Shown here: positions 1 through 13,132 of the stretch, in pieces
Layout: every line of letters starts with the position of its first letter
How positions within the stretch are numbered: position 1 is the stretch's first letter
NCBI GenBank assembly: GCA_002269645.1
Contig: NIVC01000032.1
Span: 248,001 to 312,000 of the forward strand
Direction of reading: 5' to 3'
Length of the DNA: 64,000 nt
Source: Macrostomum lignano
Taxonomy: Eukaryota
Position numbers and translations under genes: made by a program
The notes under the pieces: generated by a model
The model's input: only the letters and a program-made list of their open reading frames with translations
Database searches by the model: none
Told to the model about the DNA's origin: nothing

Positions 1-499
1 CAAAAAGAAGACAAATTTTGTATGCATGCAATGGCATTACGAAGGAACTTTGGCAGCAAATTTTGGCGTTAGCTAGAACGACCCATGCATGGATTGAAAG
101 CAATTCCTTTTGCCCTGCTGCAGTCGCTCTTGACGGGGTGTCTGCATGCTTGTATCTGACTGTCTGCTTCAGCTTCAGTATCTGTGCCCCTGGTTCTCTC
201 ATAGTTCTCCGAGGGATGGGGTGAAATGCAGACTATACGCACTTTAAGTGTACCGGATTCGTGCAGAGCATTATATGATGAATGAATGAAATGCATACAT
301 GCACATACTCACCATTTTTGACATATCGCCGTTGCGCATGGATGAATGGAATTTTTTGTTTAAGCTCCATGAGAGAAAAAAACCATTTTCGCATTTTCTG
401 CATCCTAAAATGTACTTTTAAATAATTATCTACCCTGGGAGATTATATATTAATTGGATTTTTACCTTTAAATGCAAAGCTGCATAGGGTCAATGAGAT

Positions 500-1361
500 T
501 TGTCCTCCTTCGTCAATCACAAGGGGTCATAAGATTCTTTAAGAAGGGGTGGGGTGATTGACCTCCTTCGTCAAATTCATGAGGGTAATAAGATTCTTTG
601 AGAAGGGGTCATTGACCTCCTTCGTCAAATTCATGAGGGTAATAAGATTCTTTGAGAAGGGGTCATTGACCTCCTTCGTCGAATTCATGAGGGTAATAAG
701 ATTCTTTGAGAAGGGGTCATTGACCTCCTTCGTCGAATTCATAAGGGAAATAAGATTCTTTGAGAAGGGGTCATTGACCTCCTTCGTCGAATTCATAAGG
801 GAAATAAGATTCTTTGAGAAGGGGTCATTGACCTCCTTCGTCAAATTCATAAGGGAAATAAGATTCTTTGAGAAGGGGTCATTGACCTCCTTCGTCGAAT
901 TCATAAGGGAAATAAGATTCTTTGAGAAGGGGTCATTGACCTCCTTCGTCAAATTCATAAGGGTAATAAGAATCTTTGAGAAGGGGTCATTGACCTCCTT
1001 CGTCAAATTCATAAGGGTAATAAGATTCTTTGAGAAGGGGTCATTGACCTCCTTCGTCGAATTCATAAGGGTAATAAGAATCTTTGAGAAGGAGTCATTG
1101 ACCTCCTTCGTCAAATTCATAAGGGAAATAAGATTCTTTGAGAAGGGGTCATTGACCTCCTTCGTCAAATTCATAAGGGAAATAAGATTCTTTGAGAAGG
1201 GGTCATTGACCTCCTTCGTCAAATTCATAAGGGTAATAAGAATCTTTGAGAAGGGGTCATTGACCTCCTTCGTCAAATTCATAAGGGTAATAAGAATCTT
1301 TGAGAAGGGGTCATTGACCTCCTTCGTCAAATTCATAAGGGTAATAAGATTCTTTGAGAAG
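500..1361. repeat. 54-bp minisatellite (~15 copies)
   Basis: Unit AGAAGGGGTCATTGACCTCCTTCGTCAAATTCATRAGGGWAATAAGATTCTTTG; gives the 18-aa periodic ORFs 539-1336 and 558-1391. Confidence 0.97.
606..1320. promoter_or_regulatory. Tandem IR-1 (EcRE/FXRE-type) nuclear-receptor elements inside the 54-bp array
   Basis: Nearly every unit contains GGGTCA-T-TGACCT, matching RGKTCA-N-TGAMCY; 1.1-1.9 kb upstream of the ATG at 2480. Function is inference. Confidence 0.3.
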
Positions 1362-2479
1362 GCCGGGCACCTATCTGTAATCTACAACTAACTAGAATAT
1401 ATGCATTATGCAAGAAGCATTTTAGCAAGCAGAGATGAGAGCGCGGTATTGACGAGACCAGTTGGAAAGCAAGAAACTAAATTTTGGAAGCAATTTTCCA
1501 CAGATCATAAATTATCTTTTTGGTCTCTTCCCCTTCTCAGGTCAGTTCCAACTTCCTTATTTATTAGTCTGGAGTTAGTTCGAAAGCCATGCGTCTAAAG
1601 CCGTCTATGCAATAAAATTGATTGCTTATCGAATAATAAGGCTCATTTTCAAAGTCATCTGCCATATTTCGTACCGATTTTCATCCACATAGCAACAACG
1701 ACAGCAAAAATGGGGGTTTAATTTTACTCTTGGCTTTTAAATGCAATTTCTGTCTGTATTTTCTTGTCACTGTAAATTCTAAAATCGAAGCAAGCAATAT
1801 TAGCTAACGCATAAAAAATCCATTAAAAATGACACAAAAATGGATGTCATGAAAGCGATTTCACTTGTGATACTGCTGCTGCTGCAGTCATTCAGTGCCC
1901 TGTGTCAGGCACAGTGACAGTGACTTATTGCGGCTGTTGGGGACCGTATAAAAAATAAAAAATACACTTGATTTTGACTAGCCTAACATGGTCCATAGCT
2001 TGACTGGAGAGGAGGAGCGAAGTGAATCACACACACACCGAGGGACCCCGCCCCGCAAAGCGAAAACCCACCACCCCATTCCCCCCAGTCCAACGGGCGA
2101 ACAAACCACCCCATAAATATCGTCCAATAGGAACGCTCCAAATCTCTCACCCCTCTTAGCCCATGCGAGAAGGGCAGAAGCCATTTATAGAGCGGAACAA
2201 TCAACCCCTCGCACATTCAGAACCGGCCGCTTTGCGAAACTTTTACAGGCACTCCAGGCAAGGAAGGCAAGCGCGTGTAAATAACAGCGAGTGTGTGGAC
2301 TTTAATTTTAACAACGCTCAGCAAGTCCGTTGGCTCGGCATGTGAAAATATTTAAAATCTAAATCTCTTCGTCATCAATCGTCTAAGCTTTCATCGACGC
2401 TGAGTGCTAATAAATTACACTACTCGCCTAGCAGCATCAATTCACTTTGATACTACGTACTATTCGAATTAGATAAAAG

Positions 2480-3278
2480 ATGGAGCATCATAACAATAAC
2501 GTCAACGAAAACAACAACATGCTGGTAAATGTGGACTCCGAGGTTACATTTGAACTTGGCGACGGTGCCAGCGGCAGCGGAGGAAGCCCTAGCGCTGGCA
2601 GTTTACCAATAGCAGCCGCAGTTGACGCCGGCTTTGGCAGTCGTGGCGGCAGCGCCGGCGGCTCAACCCAGGCCACTACTAGTCCTCGGGGTCCACCGCT
2701 AGAATGGAGTACGCCAGTGTCAAATTCGGATAGTTACAATAATAATATTGCCAGTCTTCGTCGACACGGCGCCGGAGGCGGCGGCGGCGGCATGGACAGC
2801 GGGTATCAGACTGATTCACCGCTGATGATGAACACCGCCTTAGCGGCAGCAGCCGCTGGAACATCAACATCTGATCAACAGCAGCAGGAGCAATTTCAAA
2901 TGAGCATGGAAGATTTGCGACTACAATTGCCTAGCCCGCCGCCGCTTCATCATCATCATCAGCAGCAGCCACCGCCTGGCACTTTTAGACCCGTTAGTCC
3001 CCAGCCTGTCATGCTGTCAACGTCTGCTCCAACAATGAGACAGCTGTCGCCTCATCTCGCCTCAGGCTACCATCTGCACTATCAGAATCATCATCATAAT
3101 CAATATTATTATCCATATCGACCGCCGTCTGTACCCATGGCCGATCTGCCAGAGCCAGAAGAGGCAGCAGCAGCAGAAGAAGCAGCAGACCTCGAGGCCC
3201 AGCAAAGCCTTCTCGGCGGCGGCCCAAATTCTGCTGCAGATCGAGAAGTTGCTTACGTTGCTGCCTCCCGTTCGGGTG
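2480..3278 (+). CDS. Candidate BH3-only protein, coding exon 1 (disordered N-terminus, DSGYQT degron)
   Basis: ORF from ATG 2480 with poly-G/Q/H tracts; donor G|GTGAGT at 3278/3279, phase 1, compatible with the next exon. Confidence 0.7.
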
Positions 3279-3799
3279 GTGAGTTATTAAGGTTTCCTGA
3301 TTAATTACTTTCTATTCTAAAAGTACATGAGCACAGGAGAAAGAGCTGACTAGGGGCGGGGTCATTTTATGGCTCTCTAGAAATGCTCACATGTTGATCA
3401 CGTGACATGACGTTAAGACGTTTAACCTCGTGACACGGGGTTTCTTCCTTCTTGCTATCTATATTTCTTAAATTTGTTTGCTTGCACTTTTAATTGAAAG
3501 TCATTTAAACATCTCTATGGCCTGTAGTGTCACAGTGTGGAAATGAGGGGGATGGTCTTGGTCAAGAATTAGGTCAGCTCATGTGTATGATAAGGAAGGA
3601 AGAAAGAAAGGTCACTGAGTGCGTTTTTTTCTTTTATAAACGAATTTTATAAAGTACACCTGGTCTTACATTTAAAGCTTCAGTCTATTGTACTTTTTGT
3701 TTAAATAAAGTTCATAGTGCACTTATTATTATACTTACTCTGAAACAGATAGTGCCATTCTGGTTCTTGCATTCTGGCCTGATACTCTATAGACTCTAC

Positions 3800-5955
3800 T
3801 AAGTCTCATTCTGGCACTGGCACTCCACCCCAGTCTCATTCTGGCACTCCACCCCAGTCTCATTCTGGCACTCCACCCCAGTCTCATTCTGGCACTCCAC
3901 CCCAGTCTCATTCTGGCACTCCACCCCAGTCTCATTCTGGCACTCCACTCCAGTCTCATTCTGGCACTCCACCCAGTCTCATTCTGGCACTCCACCCCAG
4001 TCTCATTCTAGCACTCCACCCCAGTCTCATTCTGGCACTCCACCCCAGTCTCATTCTGGCACTCCACCCCAGTCTCATTCTGGCACTCCACCCCAGTCTC
4101 ATTCTGGCACTCCACCCAGTCTCATTCTGGCTCTCCACCCCAGTCTCATTCTGGCACTCCACCCCAGTCTCATTCTGGCACTCCACCCCAGTCTCATTCT
4201 GGCACTCCACTCCAGTCTCATTCTGGCACTCCACCCAGTCTCATTCTGGCACTCCACCCCAGTCTCATTCTGGCACTCCACCCCAGTCTCATTCTGGCAC
4301 TCCACTCCAGTCTCATTCTGGCACTCCAACCCAGTCTCAATCTGGCACTCCACCCCAGTCTCATTCTGGCTCTCCACCCCAGTCTCATTCTGACACTCCA
4401 CCCCAGTCTCATTCTGGCACTCCACCCCAGTCTCATTCTGGCACTCCACCCCAGTCTCATTCTGGCACTCCACCCCAGTCTCATTCTGGCACTCCACCCC
4501 AGTCTCATTCTGGCACTCCACCCCAGTCTCATTCTGGCACTCCAACCCAGTCTCATTCTGGCACTCCACCCAGTCTCATTCTGGCACTCCACCCCCAGTC
4601 TCATTCTGGCTCTCCACCCCAGTCTCATTCTGGCACTCCACCCCAGTCTCATTCTGGCACTCCACCCCAGTCTCATTCTGGCACTCCACCCCAGTCTCAT
4701 TCTGGCTCTCCACCCCAGTCACATTCTGGCACTCCAACCCAGTCTTATTCTGGCACTCCATCCAGTCTCATTCTGACACTCCACCCAGTCTCATTCTGGC
4801 TCTCCACCCCAGTCTCATTCTGGCACTCCACCCCAGTCTCATTCTGGCACTCCACCCCAGTCTCATTCTGGCTCTCCACCCCAGTCTCATTCTGGCTCTC
4901 CACCCCAGTCTCATTCTGGCTCTCCACCCCAGTCTCATTCTGGCTCTCCACCCCAGTCTCATTCTGGCTCTCCACCTGACCTCAGTCTCATTCTGGCTCT
5001 CCACGGACTTCACCCCAGTCTCATTCTGGCTCTCCACCCCAGTCTTATTCTTGCTCTCCACCCCAGTCTCATTCTGGCTCTCCACCCCAGTCTCATTCTG
5101 GCTCTCCACCCCAGTCTCATTCTGGCTCTCCACCCCAGTCTCATTCTGGCTCTCCACCCCAGTCTCATTCTGGCTCTCCACGGACTCCACCCCAGTCTCA
5201 TTCTGGCTCTCCACGGACTCCACCCCAGTCTCATTTTGGCTCTCCACCCCAGTCTTATTCTTGCTCTCCACCCCAGTCTCATTCTGGCACTCCACCCAGT
5301 CTCATTCTGGCTCTCCACCCCAGTCTCATTCTGGCTCTCCACCCCAGTCTCATTCTGGCTCTCCACCCCAGTCTCATTCTGGCTCTCCACCTCAGTCTCA
5401 TTCTGGCTCTCCACGGACTTCACCCCAGTCTCATTCTGGCTCTCCACGGACTCCACCCCAGTCTCATTCTGGCTCTCCACGGACTCCACCCCAGTCTCAT
5501 TCTGGCTCTCCACCCCAGTCTCATTCTGGCTCTCCACCCCAGTCTCATTCTGGCTCTCCACCCCAGTCTCATTCTGGCTCTCCACGGACTCCACCCCAGT
5601 CTCATTCTGGCTCTCTACCCCAGTCTTATTCTGGCTCTCCACCCCAGTCTCATTCTGGCTCTCCACGGACTCCACCCCAGTCTCATTCTGGCTCTCCACC
5701 CCAGTCTCATTCTGGCTCTCCACCCCAGTCTCATTCTGGCTCTCCACGGACTCCACCCCAGTCTCATTTTGGCTCTCCACCCCAGTCTCATTCTGGCTCT
5801 CCACCCCAGTCTCATTCTGGCACTCCACCCAGTCTCATTCTGGCTCTCCACCCCAGTCTCATTCTGGCACTCCACCCAGTCTCATTCTGGCTCTCCACCC
5901 CAGTCTCATTCTGGCTCTCCACCCCAGTCTCATTCTGGCACTCCACCCCAGTCTG
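3800..5955. repeat. 24-bp minisatellite with 23- and 33-bp variants
   Basis: Unit CTGGCACTCCACCCCAGTCTCATT, drifting to CTGGCTCTCC with a 9-bp insertion (CCACGGACT) in the 3' half. Confidence 0.97.
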
Positions 5956-7732
5956 CCTCTACACCTACAAAAAAGTGGTAATTGAAATTAAGATATCACC
6001 TTAATTCGAGGACACCGCGGTCCGCGGCACCTTTTTTTTGGGGGTGCAAGTTAAATGTTATTGAGCTTTTTTGTTCTCTAATGAGCTAGCCTAACCTGTG
6101 AATAACCTGTATTTATATAGTTACCTAATAAGTAAGATAAGCGGCGTCATTTATAGTTGTCTAGACTTGTTGCCCTGTAAGGTGACCCTAATGACCCTGG
6201 TTGGGACATACTATAAATAGATTTTATCACGTGATTCGGTAGACTATAAACTAAATAATAAGGTTCTTGTTCTGCGTGTGTGTGAGGGTTGGACGCGCCA
6301 GGGGCACAGGGGCAACGTAAAAGGGCGTTAAGCCCTATTACGAGTATCTGACAAGAAAGACCAAAAACAAATATAAATGACGAATACACTACACCCGTAT
6401 AATAGTCATATGCCAGCCCTGTCACTCAGTTTACTCTGTCTGTCTGACCGGTTTGCCAGGTTCTAATTTTAGTCATTCTTTTTGTGGCCTAGAAATGCGT
6501 CTAGTCTAAAAACGTCTCTTAGATTATGGCTACTAGGGCTGCTTTTCATCGTTGATTATTTTCGATTTCGAAATATAATTGCTTGCTTGCTTACGGAGTT
6601 TTAGTTCATCTGCACCGGTTGAGTGTTTATCGCCTCTCCTCTGACCCTGACTAACTTATTCCTTACATCCAAGTCCTAAGTCCTAACTAATCTGTTTAAA
6701 TGTTTTTGCCTTTTTATCTTAAAAGTAAACGATGATCCTTTAATAATAGTTACGGACGGCGTGTTTAAGACTTTATTCTGTTCTTTGATTTTTGTTCAAA
6801 GAAATAGCCGCCCGCCGCCGCCGCCCACCGCCCCATAAAAGATCTAACAAATTCACACGCCGTACATTAGCGCTGTCTGTTTTGGTGTGAAAATTTGCCC
6901 GGCCCGGCTGTGGGGGATTGAGGTCGGAAAGGGGTGGCTATCGTATCTATTTTATTTTACCCCGCCCCCCGCCCCAACCCCCCGTCTAGCCCTGACCCTA
7001 TTAGGTCACGTGACAATTTAATTGTCTCCGCGTTCCCATTCCCACGACAGACGACGCGTCGCCTCGACGACACACTTAATTATCCGTGGATTAGAAATTT
7101 GTGATGTGATCGCGATCGCCGCCTATTTGTCATCTTGTCCTTGTTTGTCTGTCCTGTCGTTCATTGTAGGAAGTATTATTATTTATTATTATTGTCAAAA
7201 CAAATTTAGTTTTTTTTCGTAATGTGTACAAGTCTGTGTACAGGTTTTAAATTTTAATGTGGTGGTTTGTAATGTAAATGAGCCCCTTCTGAGCTGACGC
7301 ACTTTTATGTATGGGCCTCTGTTGAAAATAAGATGATTCAGTAGTGTGAATGAAAAAACCACTAAGGATGCACCGTCTCCCATCATGATTCCAGACATCT
7401 GGAGCGTATCCATGAATGATTTTTTAACTTAAAAGTGGGGATATCGATTGGTGAGTCTTTTGCCCCCTTCCTCCACCCCCTGGCTACGTCGTTGTGCCGT
7501 GTGTTTGTTGGGTACTGACAGATTAATAATTACACTTGATTATGTCATCATTTTTAGTCAATTAGGGCCGCGCTCTCTTTGCCCGCTGTTTTGTAATTTT
7601 CATTTTACACGTGTAAATTTTCACCTAACAAGGCAAAGCACAGGTCAGTTTTTTAAGGACAATGTTGTTATCCGCTGGGGTCACGTTTAGAATCCATGTT
7701 AGAATGGGTTCTTATAATCTTTTTGCGTAGTT

Positions 7733-8650
7733 TCTCGGAATCTAATGGGGTGTCAGATCTCGGAATCTAAAGGGGGTGTCAGATCTCGGAATCTAAAGGG
7801 GTGTGTCAGATCTCGGAATCTAAAGGGGGTGTCAGATCTCGGAATCTAAAGGGGGTGTCAGATCTCGGAATCTAATGGGGTGTCAGATCTCGGAATCTAA
7901 TGGGGTGTCAGACCTCGGAATCTAATGGTGTCAGATCTCGGAATCTAAAGGGGTGTCAGATCTCGGAATCTAATGGGGTGTCAGACCTCGGAATCTAATG
8001 GTGTCAGATCTCGGAATCTAATGGGATGTGTCAGATCTCGGAATCTAATGGGGTGTCAGATCTCGGAATCTAATGGGGTGTGTCAGATCTCGGAATCTAA
8101 TGGGGTGTCAGATCTCGAAATCTAATGGGGTGTGTCAGATCTCTGAATCTAATGGGGTGTCAGATCTCGGAATCTGATGGGGTGTGTCAGATCTCGGAAT
8201 CTAATGGAGTGTGTCAGATCTCGGAATCTAATGGGGTGTCAGATCTCGAAATCTAATGGGGTGTGTCAGATCTCGGAATCTAATGAGGGTATCAGATCTC
8301 GGAATCTAAAGGGGTGTCAGATCTCGGAATCTAAAGGGGGTGTCAGATCTCGGAATCTAATGGAGTGTCAGATCTCAGAATCTAAAGGGGTGTCAGATCT
8401 CGGAATCTAATGGGGTATGTCAGACCTCGGAATCTAATGGTATGTCAGACCTCGGAATCTAATGGTGTGTCAGATCTCGGAATCTAATGGGTTGTCAGAT
8501 CTTGGAATCTACAGGGGGTGTCAGATTTTGGAATCTAATGGGGTGTCAGATTTTGGAATCTAATGGGGTGTCAGATTTTGGAATCTAATGGGGTGTCAGA
8601 TTTTGGAATCTAATGGGGTGTCAGATCTGGGAATCTAATAGTGTTGTCAG
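7733..8650. repeat. ~25-bp minisatellite
   Basis: Unit GATCTCGGAATCTAATGGGGTGTCA, 24-27 bp variants. Confidence 0.95.
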
Positions 8651-9395
8651 AACCTAATAAATTAATTAAAACGTTTCCTCAAGGCCTTGCCGACACCAAA
8701 AACGCTAAACAGACAAGCACTACGCAAACACTACGCTACTATGTACATTTAGTTAGTAGTAGTCAAACTGGTTGTTCTATATTTAGCTAGGTCCAGTTTA
8801 ACGTCATCAGGTTGAGTTTATTGCAAGATAGATAGAATTCACCGCGCACCCGGGCTCCGAGTGCGGCTGCTTGCCCCTGGATGAATCCAGGGCCCAGGGG
8901 TATTAGCGAAAGCCATAACTATATTTGAAATTTGTGGACAAGCGTTGAAGGTTATACTTTACACCCCCAGCCCTAACCCCAACCTGCTGTTAACAAACCT
9001 TTGTTTAGAAACTTTTTAAAATTCAAGAATCTTAATAAAACTATGAAAAAAATGATTGAATAAGTATGAAAATTTATTATTAATATCAAGTATAGATTCT
9101 TTATATAATAAAGCTAATTTTCTATTTTTAATCTCTCCCCCCTTTCTCTCTCTCTTGGTAGGCAGCAGGTCTCTCTTGACCACTCGTGGCCAGTGGCGCC
9201 ACCCTTTACTTTTATTTCTGTCTCAAAATGAACATTTATTGGACATTGTGCCAATTTAAGAAATTTTCTTTTCTATCCACTCTTTTCGCTCTCTTCTTCC
9301 TTTCCGCGCATGTGTATATATAAATGTTGTGTCTCACATGCGGGACTGACTGGGCAGGTGGATTAGGTTAAAAACAGCCTGCTGTGTATCATTAG

Positions 9396-9527
9396 CAATG
9401 CCGTCTCAGCATCAACAAGTCATATTTGGCTTGGAATCATCAGATTCGGAAGCTGACGATGCGGATGACGTATTCGAACAGTCGACTTCTAATGGAGATA
9501 ATTATAGCGAATCTTTGTTGTCAGCTT
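9396..9527 (+). CDS. Candidate BH3-only protein, coding exon 2 (acidic, Ser-rich)
   Basis: Acceptor ATTAG|CA at 9395/9396 (alternative AAACAG| at 9377/9378, same phase); donor T|GTAAGT at 9527/9528; phase 1 in and out; AMPSQHQQVIFGLESSDSEADDADDVFEQ... Confidence 0.6.
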
Positions 9528-9664
9528 GTAAGTTTTTTGTCTTCAATTTATTGATAGGTCTTATTGATAGGTCTTATTGATTGTCTTCAATTTATTTTAT
9601 AGTATTAACTAAATAACCTTGTCTAATAGGGGTAGCTGGGCATAATCTACGGTCTAAGTCACGT

Positions 9665-12600
9665 GGAGTGCCATTTTCTAGTTTGGGGAGTGCCATTTTC
9701 CAGTTTGGGGAGTGCCATTTATTAGTTTAGGGAGTGCCATTTTCCAGTTTGGGGAGTGGCATTTTCCAGTTTAGGGAGTGCCATTTTCCAGTTTGGGGAG
9801 TGCCATTTTCCAGTTTGGGGAGTGCCATTTATTAGTTTAGGGAGTGCCATTTTCCAGTTTGGGGAGTGCCATTTTCCAGTTTAGGGAGTGCCATTTTCCA
9901 GTTTGGGGAGTGCCATTTTCCAGTTTGGGGAGTGCCATTTATTAGTTTAGGGAGTGCCATTTTCCAGTTTGGGGAGTGCCATTTTCCAGTTTGGGGAGTG
10001 CCATTTTCCAGTTTAAGGGAGTGCCATTTTCCAGTTTGGGGAGTGCCATTTTCCAGTTTAGGGAGTGCCCTTTTCCAGTTTGGGGAGTGCCATTTTCCAG
10101 TTTAAAGAAGTGCCATTTTCCAGTTTGGGGAGTGCCATTTTCCAGTTTAAGGGAGTGCCATTTTCCAGTTTGGGTAGTGCCATTTTCCAGTTTAAGGGAG
10201 TGCCATTTTCCAGTTTGGGGAGTGCCATTTTCTAGTTTGGGGAGTGCCATTTTCCAGTTTGGGGAGTGCCATTTTCTAGTTTGGGGAGTGCCATTTTCTA
10301 GTTTGGGGAGTGCCATTTTCCAGTTTAAGGAAGTGCCATTTTCCAGTTTGGGGAGTGCCATTTTCCAGTTTAAGGGAGTGCCATTTTCCAGTTTAAGGGA
10401 GTGCCATTTTCCAGTTTGGGGAGTGCCATTTTCCAGTTTAGGGAGTGCCCTTTTCCAGTTTGGGGAGTGCCATTTTCCAGTTTAAGGAAGTGCCCTTTTC
10501 CAGTTTGGGGAGTGCCATTTTCCAGTTTAAGGAAGTGCCATTTTCCAGTTTGGGGAGTGCCATTTTACAGTTTAAGGGAGTGCCATTTTCCAGTTTGGGG
10601 AGTGCCATTTTCCAGTTTAAGGAAGTGCCATTTTCCAGTTTGGGGAGTGCCATTTTCCAGTTTAAGGGAGTGCCATTTTCCAGTTTGGGGAGTGCCATTT
10701 TCCAGTTTAAGGGAGTGCCCTTTTCCAGTTTAGGGAGTGCCATTTTCCAGTTTAAGGAAGTGCCATTTTCCAGTTTGGGGAGTGCCATTTTCCAGTTTAA
10801 GGAAGTGCCATTTTCCAGTTTGGGGAGTGCCATTTTCCAGTTTAAGGGAGTGCCCTTTTCCAGTTTAGGGAGTGCCATTTTCTAGTTTAAGGAAGTGCCA
10901 TTTTCCAGTTTGGGGAGTGCCATTTACCAGTTTGGGGAGTGCCATTTTCCAGTTTAAGGGAGTGCCATTTTCCAGTTTGGGTAGTGCCATTTTCCAGTTT
11001 AAGGGAGTGCCATTTTCCAGTTTAGGGAGTGCCCTTTTCCAGTTTAGGGAGTGCCATATTCCAGTTTAAGGAAGTGCCATTTTCCAGTTTGGGGAGTGCC
11101 ATTTTCTAGTTTGGGGAGTGCCATATTCCAGTTTAAGGAAGTGCCATTTTCTAGTTTGGGGAGTGCCATTTTCTAGTTTGGGGAGTGCCATTTTCCAGTT
11201 TAAGGAAGTGCCATTTTCCAGTTTGGAGAGTGCCATTTATTAGTTTGGGGAGTGCTAATTATTAGTTTGGGGAGTGCCATTTTCCAGTTTGGGGAGTGCC
11301 ATTTTCTAGTTTGGGGAGTGCCATTTTCTAGTTTGGGGAGTGCCATTTTCCAGTTTAAGGGAGTGCCATTTTCCAGTTTGGGGAGTGCCATTTTCCAGTT
11401 TAAGGAAGTGCCATTTTCCAGTTTGGGTAGTGCCATTTTCCAGTTTAAGGGAGTGCCATTTTCCAGTTTAGGGAGTGCCCTTTTCCAGTTTAGGGAGTGC
11501 CATATTCCAGTTTAAGGAAGTGCCATTTTCCAGTTTGGGGAGTGCCATTTTCTAGTTTGGGGAGTGCCATATTCCAGTTTAAGGAAGTGCCATTTTCTAG
11601 TTTGGGGAGTGCCATTTTCTAGTTTGGGGAGTGCCATTTTCCAGTTTAAGGAAGTGCCATTTTCCAGTTTGGAGAGTGCCATTTATTAGTTTGGGGAGTG
11701 CTAATTATTAGTTTGGGGAGTGCCATTTTCCAGTTTGGGGAGTGCCATTTTCTAGTTTGGGGAGTGCCATTTTCTAGTTTGGGGAGTGCCATTGTCTAGT
11801 TTGTGGAGTGCCATTTTCCAGTTTGGGGAGTGCCATTTTCCAGTTTAAGGAAGTGCCATTTTCCAGTTTGGGGAGTGCCATTTTCCAGTTTTAGGGAGTG
11901 CCCTTTTCCAGTTTGGGGAGTGCCATTTTCCAGTTTAAGGGAGTGCCATTTTCCAGTTTAGGGAGTGCCCTTTTCCAGTTTAGGGAGTGCCATATTCCAG
12001 TTTAAGGAAGTGCCATTTTCCAGTTTGGGGAGTGCCATTTTCTAGTTTGGGGAGTGCCATATTCCAGTTTAAGGAAGTGCCATTTTCTAGTTTGGGGAGT
12101 GCCATTTTCTAGTTTGGGGAGTGCCATTTTCCAGTTTAAGGAAGTGCCATTTTCCAGTTTGGAGAGTGCCATTTATTAGTTTGGGGAGTGCTAATTATTA
12201 GTTTGGGGAGTGCCATTTTCCAGTTTGGGGAGTGCCATTTTCTAGTTTGGGGAGTGCCATTTTCTAGTTTGGGGAGTGCCATTGTCTAGTTTGTGGAGTG
12301 CCATTTTCCAGTTTGGGGAGTGCCATTTTCCAGTTTAAGGAAGTGCCATTTTCCAGTTTGGGGAGTGCCATTTTCCAGTTTAAGGGAGTGCCATTTTCCA
12401 GTTTGGGGAGTGCCATTTTCCAGTTTAAGGGAGTGCCATTTTCCAGTTTGGGGAGTGCCATTTTCCAGTTTAAGGAAGTGCCATTTTCCAGTTTGGGGAG
12501 TGCCATTTTCCAGTTTAAGGAAGTGCCATTTTCCAGTTTGGGGAGTGCCATTTTCCAGTTTAAGGGAGTGCCCTTTTCCAGTTTAGGGAGTGCCATTTTC

Positions 12601-13132
12601 TAGTTTAAGGAAGTGCCATTTTCCAGTTTGGGGAGTGCCATTTTCCAGTTTAAGGGAGTGCCATTTTCCAGTTTGGGGAGTGCCATTTTCCAGTTTGGGG
12701 AGTGCCATTTTCCAGTTTAAGGGAGTGCCATTTTCCAGTTTGGGTAGTGCCATTTTCCAGTTTAAGGGAGTGCCATTTTCCAGTTTAGGGAGTGCCCTTT
12801 TCCAGTTTAGGGAGTGCCATATTCCAGTTTAAGGAAGTGCCATTTTCCAGTTTGGGGAGTGCCATTTTCTAGTTTGGGGAGTGCCATATTCCAGTTTAAG
12901 GAAGTGCCATTTTCTAGTTTGGGGAGTGCCATTTTCTAGTTTGGGGAGTGCCATTTTCCAGTTTAAGGAAGTGCCATTTTCCAGTTTGGAGAGTGCCATT
13001 TATTAGTTTGGGGAGTGCTAATTATTAGTTTGGGGAGTGCCATTTTCCAGTTTGGGGAGTGCCATTTTCTAGTTTGTGGAGTGCCATTTTCTAGTTTGGG
13101 GAGTGCCATTTTCTAGTTTGGGGAGTGCCATT
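9665..13132. repeat. 22/23-bp minisatellite with higher-order structure
   Basis: Units CCATTTTCCAGTTTGGGGAGTG and CCATTTTCCAGTTTAAGGGAGTG alternate as a 45-bp dimer; larger blocks are duplicated. Confidence 0.97.

Noticed and set aside
18-296. Short ORFs at the window start
   Set aside because: No recognisable domain or splice support; cannot be assigned.
539-1391. 265-277 aa ORFs on both strands
   Set aside because: Translation of a stop-free 54-bp tandem unit.
3735-6004. Many WSARMRLG / ECQNETGV ORFs
   Set aside because: 24-bp array in intron 1; periodic translation artefacts.
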